Shown: piece by piece, positions 62,071 through 64,000 of the stretch
How the letters are laid out: each line of letters opens with the position of its first letter
Numbering within the stretch: the first letter of the stretch is position 1
IMG/VR virus record: IMGVR_UViG_3300009111_000005
Coordinates: 1 to 64,000 of that record
Strand: one strand, 5' to 3'
Source of the DNA: a virus
Taxonomy: Duplodnaviria > Caudoviricetes
DNA: 64,000 nt
Notes under the pieces: generated by a model
Database searches by the model: none
Told to the model about the DNA's origin: nothing
The model's input: the letters and a program-made list of their open reading frames with translations, nothing else
Translations under genes and position numbers: made by a program

Positions 62071-63771
62071 CTAGGCTGTGAAGCTCTTCGTCGACAACGT
62101 GGATGGAATCACACCTGCGAGCGCCGAGTTTGCGGCGAGCTGCGTGGTGAGACACGCCATCACCGCAGTGACCCAGGCGAACATCGCATTTGCCATGATC
62201 GGACTGACCATCCAGAAGACCATGCCGAGAGGGGGTGCGAGAACTCCAAGAAGTGCAGCAGTAGCCGCGATGGCTGCGGACAAGCCTCCGATGTTTGTGC
62301 CGGTGTATGCCCCAAAAGCAGTGGCATACAGCGTACCTTTGACCAGGGGATTGGCCATGCTCGCCGCCACAGGTCCCAGGTTCACAGTGGTGCCGTCGAC
62401 GTTCGCTACACCTAGACTCGTTTTGAGCGTGGCAATGCCTGCCGTTGTTTCGAGGGTCGCATTACCGAGTAATGTCGAGTAGAGCAGGTTGCCTTTGGTG
62501 GTGACTTTGTTTTCGATGTCACCCATGAAGGTGCTCAATTTGAAACCAGCGAGCGCTGCGGGATTGGCTCCAGAGAGCGGGTTGCCGATGTCGATCTTCC
62601 AACCGGCGTTGAGTGTTGTTTCGCGTGCGAGGTCACCTGGCTTCATGAGGGCGACGTTGCCCCCTACGACCTTCTCTTCATGTTTGCCCCCGATGGTCTC
62701 CGTGAGGTGACGCTGGATGCTGGTGGTTCGGTCGTTACCAACGTTGAGCGTGTCGCTCATGGCGACAACGGTTTCACGCGTACCATCCACACGTTCAGTT
62801 TGGGTACCGCGTACCGTGAGGTTTTCATCTCCTTTGGTATCTTGAAGACGATTCCCGATGGTGACTTCGCGACGGTCGGCTCCGCAATTCTCTTCGATCC
62901 CTTGTGCAGCGTAGACAGTGAGTTTTCCCTCGTTGTTGACGTGGAATTTGAAGTTCGTGCTTCCATCGGCTTGGGTCAACTCGAAGCGAAAGATGTCGCC
63001 CTCTGCGCCCAGGTCCATGCGTATGGTCCAGTTCTCCTGATCCGCGCCTGCTTCGGTGAGTTGGTCTGCGCCACCACGGAAGGACCATGTGATGCGTCCA
63101 CCGTCATTCTTCACTTCGGATACACCCATATCCGTGACGTGACGGAAGTTACGCGAGATCACTTCAATGAGGTCATTGATCAGGTGGGTACGGATTTGCG
63201 CCAAGGATGATGATTTCATCACGTTGACGCCACCGCCGAGAACAGCGAGTAGGTTTCCTTCTTCCCCAATTTGTGCCCAATCGTTGGCACCCATGTCGCG
63301 AGGGGTGTTCTTGGTGCGATAGTTGGCACCACTTTCACGTTGTTCCGTCGGGTCGTTGCCGCCTGTGTTGCTTTCTCCGCTGATGCTTAGACGGTTTTCG
63401 TTATCTTCGCGTCCACTGGTAAAGGGAAGTACTCCGACGATGATGGTGGGGCCATACTCATCGGAAAGTGCGACCACGGTTCCGATGGGTAACATTTGTT
63501 TGTCACCCGGGTTCTGCGTCATGCGTCCGATGTCTTTACGGATGGCAACACCATCCCCGATGGCAACTTCTATGTCGTAGGTGTGCGTGTCGGGATTGCG
63601 ATCGGCGATGACGCCTGTGTAGCCCTGACCACGCGCTTTCATTGCGCCCTGGCCAGAGGCATCTTCACGTAGCGCTTTCCCTTTTTTTAGGGTTTGCGCG
63701 TCATGAGGAATGCTGACGGTGCGTTCGAAGAAAGGACGAAAAGGATTACCGCTGATGGGGGTGTCAGACAT
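62071..63771 (-). CDS. gp5/VgrG-like baseplate central spike
   Basis: N-terminal OB-fold-like segment; beta-helix repeats (VRGTQTERVDG, VGNDRTTSI, IGGKHEEKVVG). Confidence 0.75.
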   Translation of the reverse strand: MSDTPISGNPFRPFFERTVSIPHDAQTLKKGKALREDASGQGAMKARGQGYTGVIADRNPDTHTYDIEVAIGDGVAIRKDIGRMTQNPGDKQMLPIGTVVALSDEYGPTIIVGVLPFTSGREDNENRLSISGESNTGGNDPTEQRESGANYRTKNTPRDMGANDWAQIGEEGNLLAVLGGGVNVMKSSSLAQIRTHLINDLIEVISRNFRHVTDMGVSEVKNDGGRITWSFRGGADQLTEAGADQENWTIRMDLGAEGDIFRFELTQADGSTNFKFHVNNEGKLTVYAAQGIEENCGADRREVTIGNRLQDTKGDENLTVRGTQTERVDGTRETVVAMSDTLNVGNDRTTSIQRHLTETIGGKHEEKVVGGNVALMKPGDLARETTLNAGWKIDIGNPLSGANPAALAGFKLSTFMGDIENKVTTKGNLLYSTLLGNATLETTAGIATLKTSLGVANVDGTTVNLGPVAASMANPLVKGTLYATAFGAYTGTNIGGLSAAIAATAALLGVLAPPLGMVFWMVSPIMANAMFAWVTAVMACLTTQLAANSALAGVIPSTLSTKSFTA

Positions 63772-63819
63772 TCCGTTCTCCTGTTAGGAGAATAGATGTC
63801 TGCGAGGATCAAAACAAGC

Positions 63820-64000
63820 TTAGGTGCTCTTCTTGGTGGGGAATGCACCGCCTTGCACACCGTCTTGTTTCTGTGCATCCGCAGTGACTTCATCGACGAA
63901 GCCCATGACGGTGTCAAGCGTGGCGAGATCGCTGGTTGTCAGACCGTACTTCACGACGTAGTTCTCGAAGAACGGCAGAAGCCGATCGAAGACCACGTTG
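63820..64000 (-). CDS. C-terminal end of a gene starting beyond the window
   Basis: open frame ...GAFPTKKST* running to the window edge. Confidence 0.5.
   Translation of the reverse strand, partial: NVVFDRLLPFFENYVVKYGLTTSDLATLDTVMGFVDEVTADAQKQDGVQGGAFPTKKST

Noticed and set aside
1-64000. Stop-codon reassignment (alternative genetic code)
   Set aside because: Recognisable genes end normally at TAA, TAG and TGA, are full length in code 11, and no suppressor tRNA is present.

Overview
This window looks like a 64-kb segment of a large GC-rich tailed (probably contractile-tail or jumbo) bacteriophage genome. It has dense, short, ATGA-overlapping genes, phage tail and baseplate genes, and no cellular housekeeping operons. 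The + strand (1-45 kb) carries many small hypothetical genes, a Cys-rich paralogue array, nucleotide-metabolism genes (ThyX, HD deoxynucleotidase; dNK lies on the - strand) and a translation/RNA-repair kit (10 tRNAs, tmRNA, CCA-type nucleotidyltransferase, RNA ligase). The - strand (46-64 kb) carries virion genes (gp5/VgrG-like spike, lytic transglycosylase, glycine-zipper proteins). The main finding is at 29.0-30.3 kb: a ~36-nt-period dual-repeat array (GGATACCC / GGCGTGCC alternating with ~10-nt unique spacers) directly upstream of a nuclease-less Nop/IS110-C-like protein with an inserted zinc finger. This is the architecture of a TIGR-Tas (TasA-type) RNA-guided system. Other notable items: a Bd0055-like bacterial histone, three tRNA-Leu genes lacking the long variable arm (one with an AAG anticodon), four candidate large structured ncRNAs, a recurrent phage promoter motif, a shared N-terminal G-x3-A-x3-LGL-x-K-x-A motif in about 10 virion-region proteins, and an origin-like AT-rich region beside a Myb-like protein. 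All calls come from motif recognition by eye; no database search or folding program was run.
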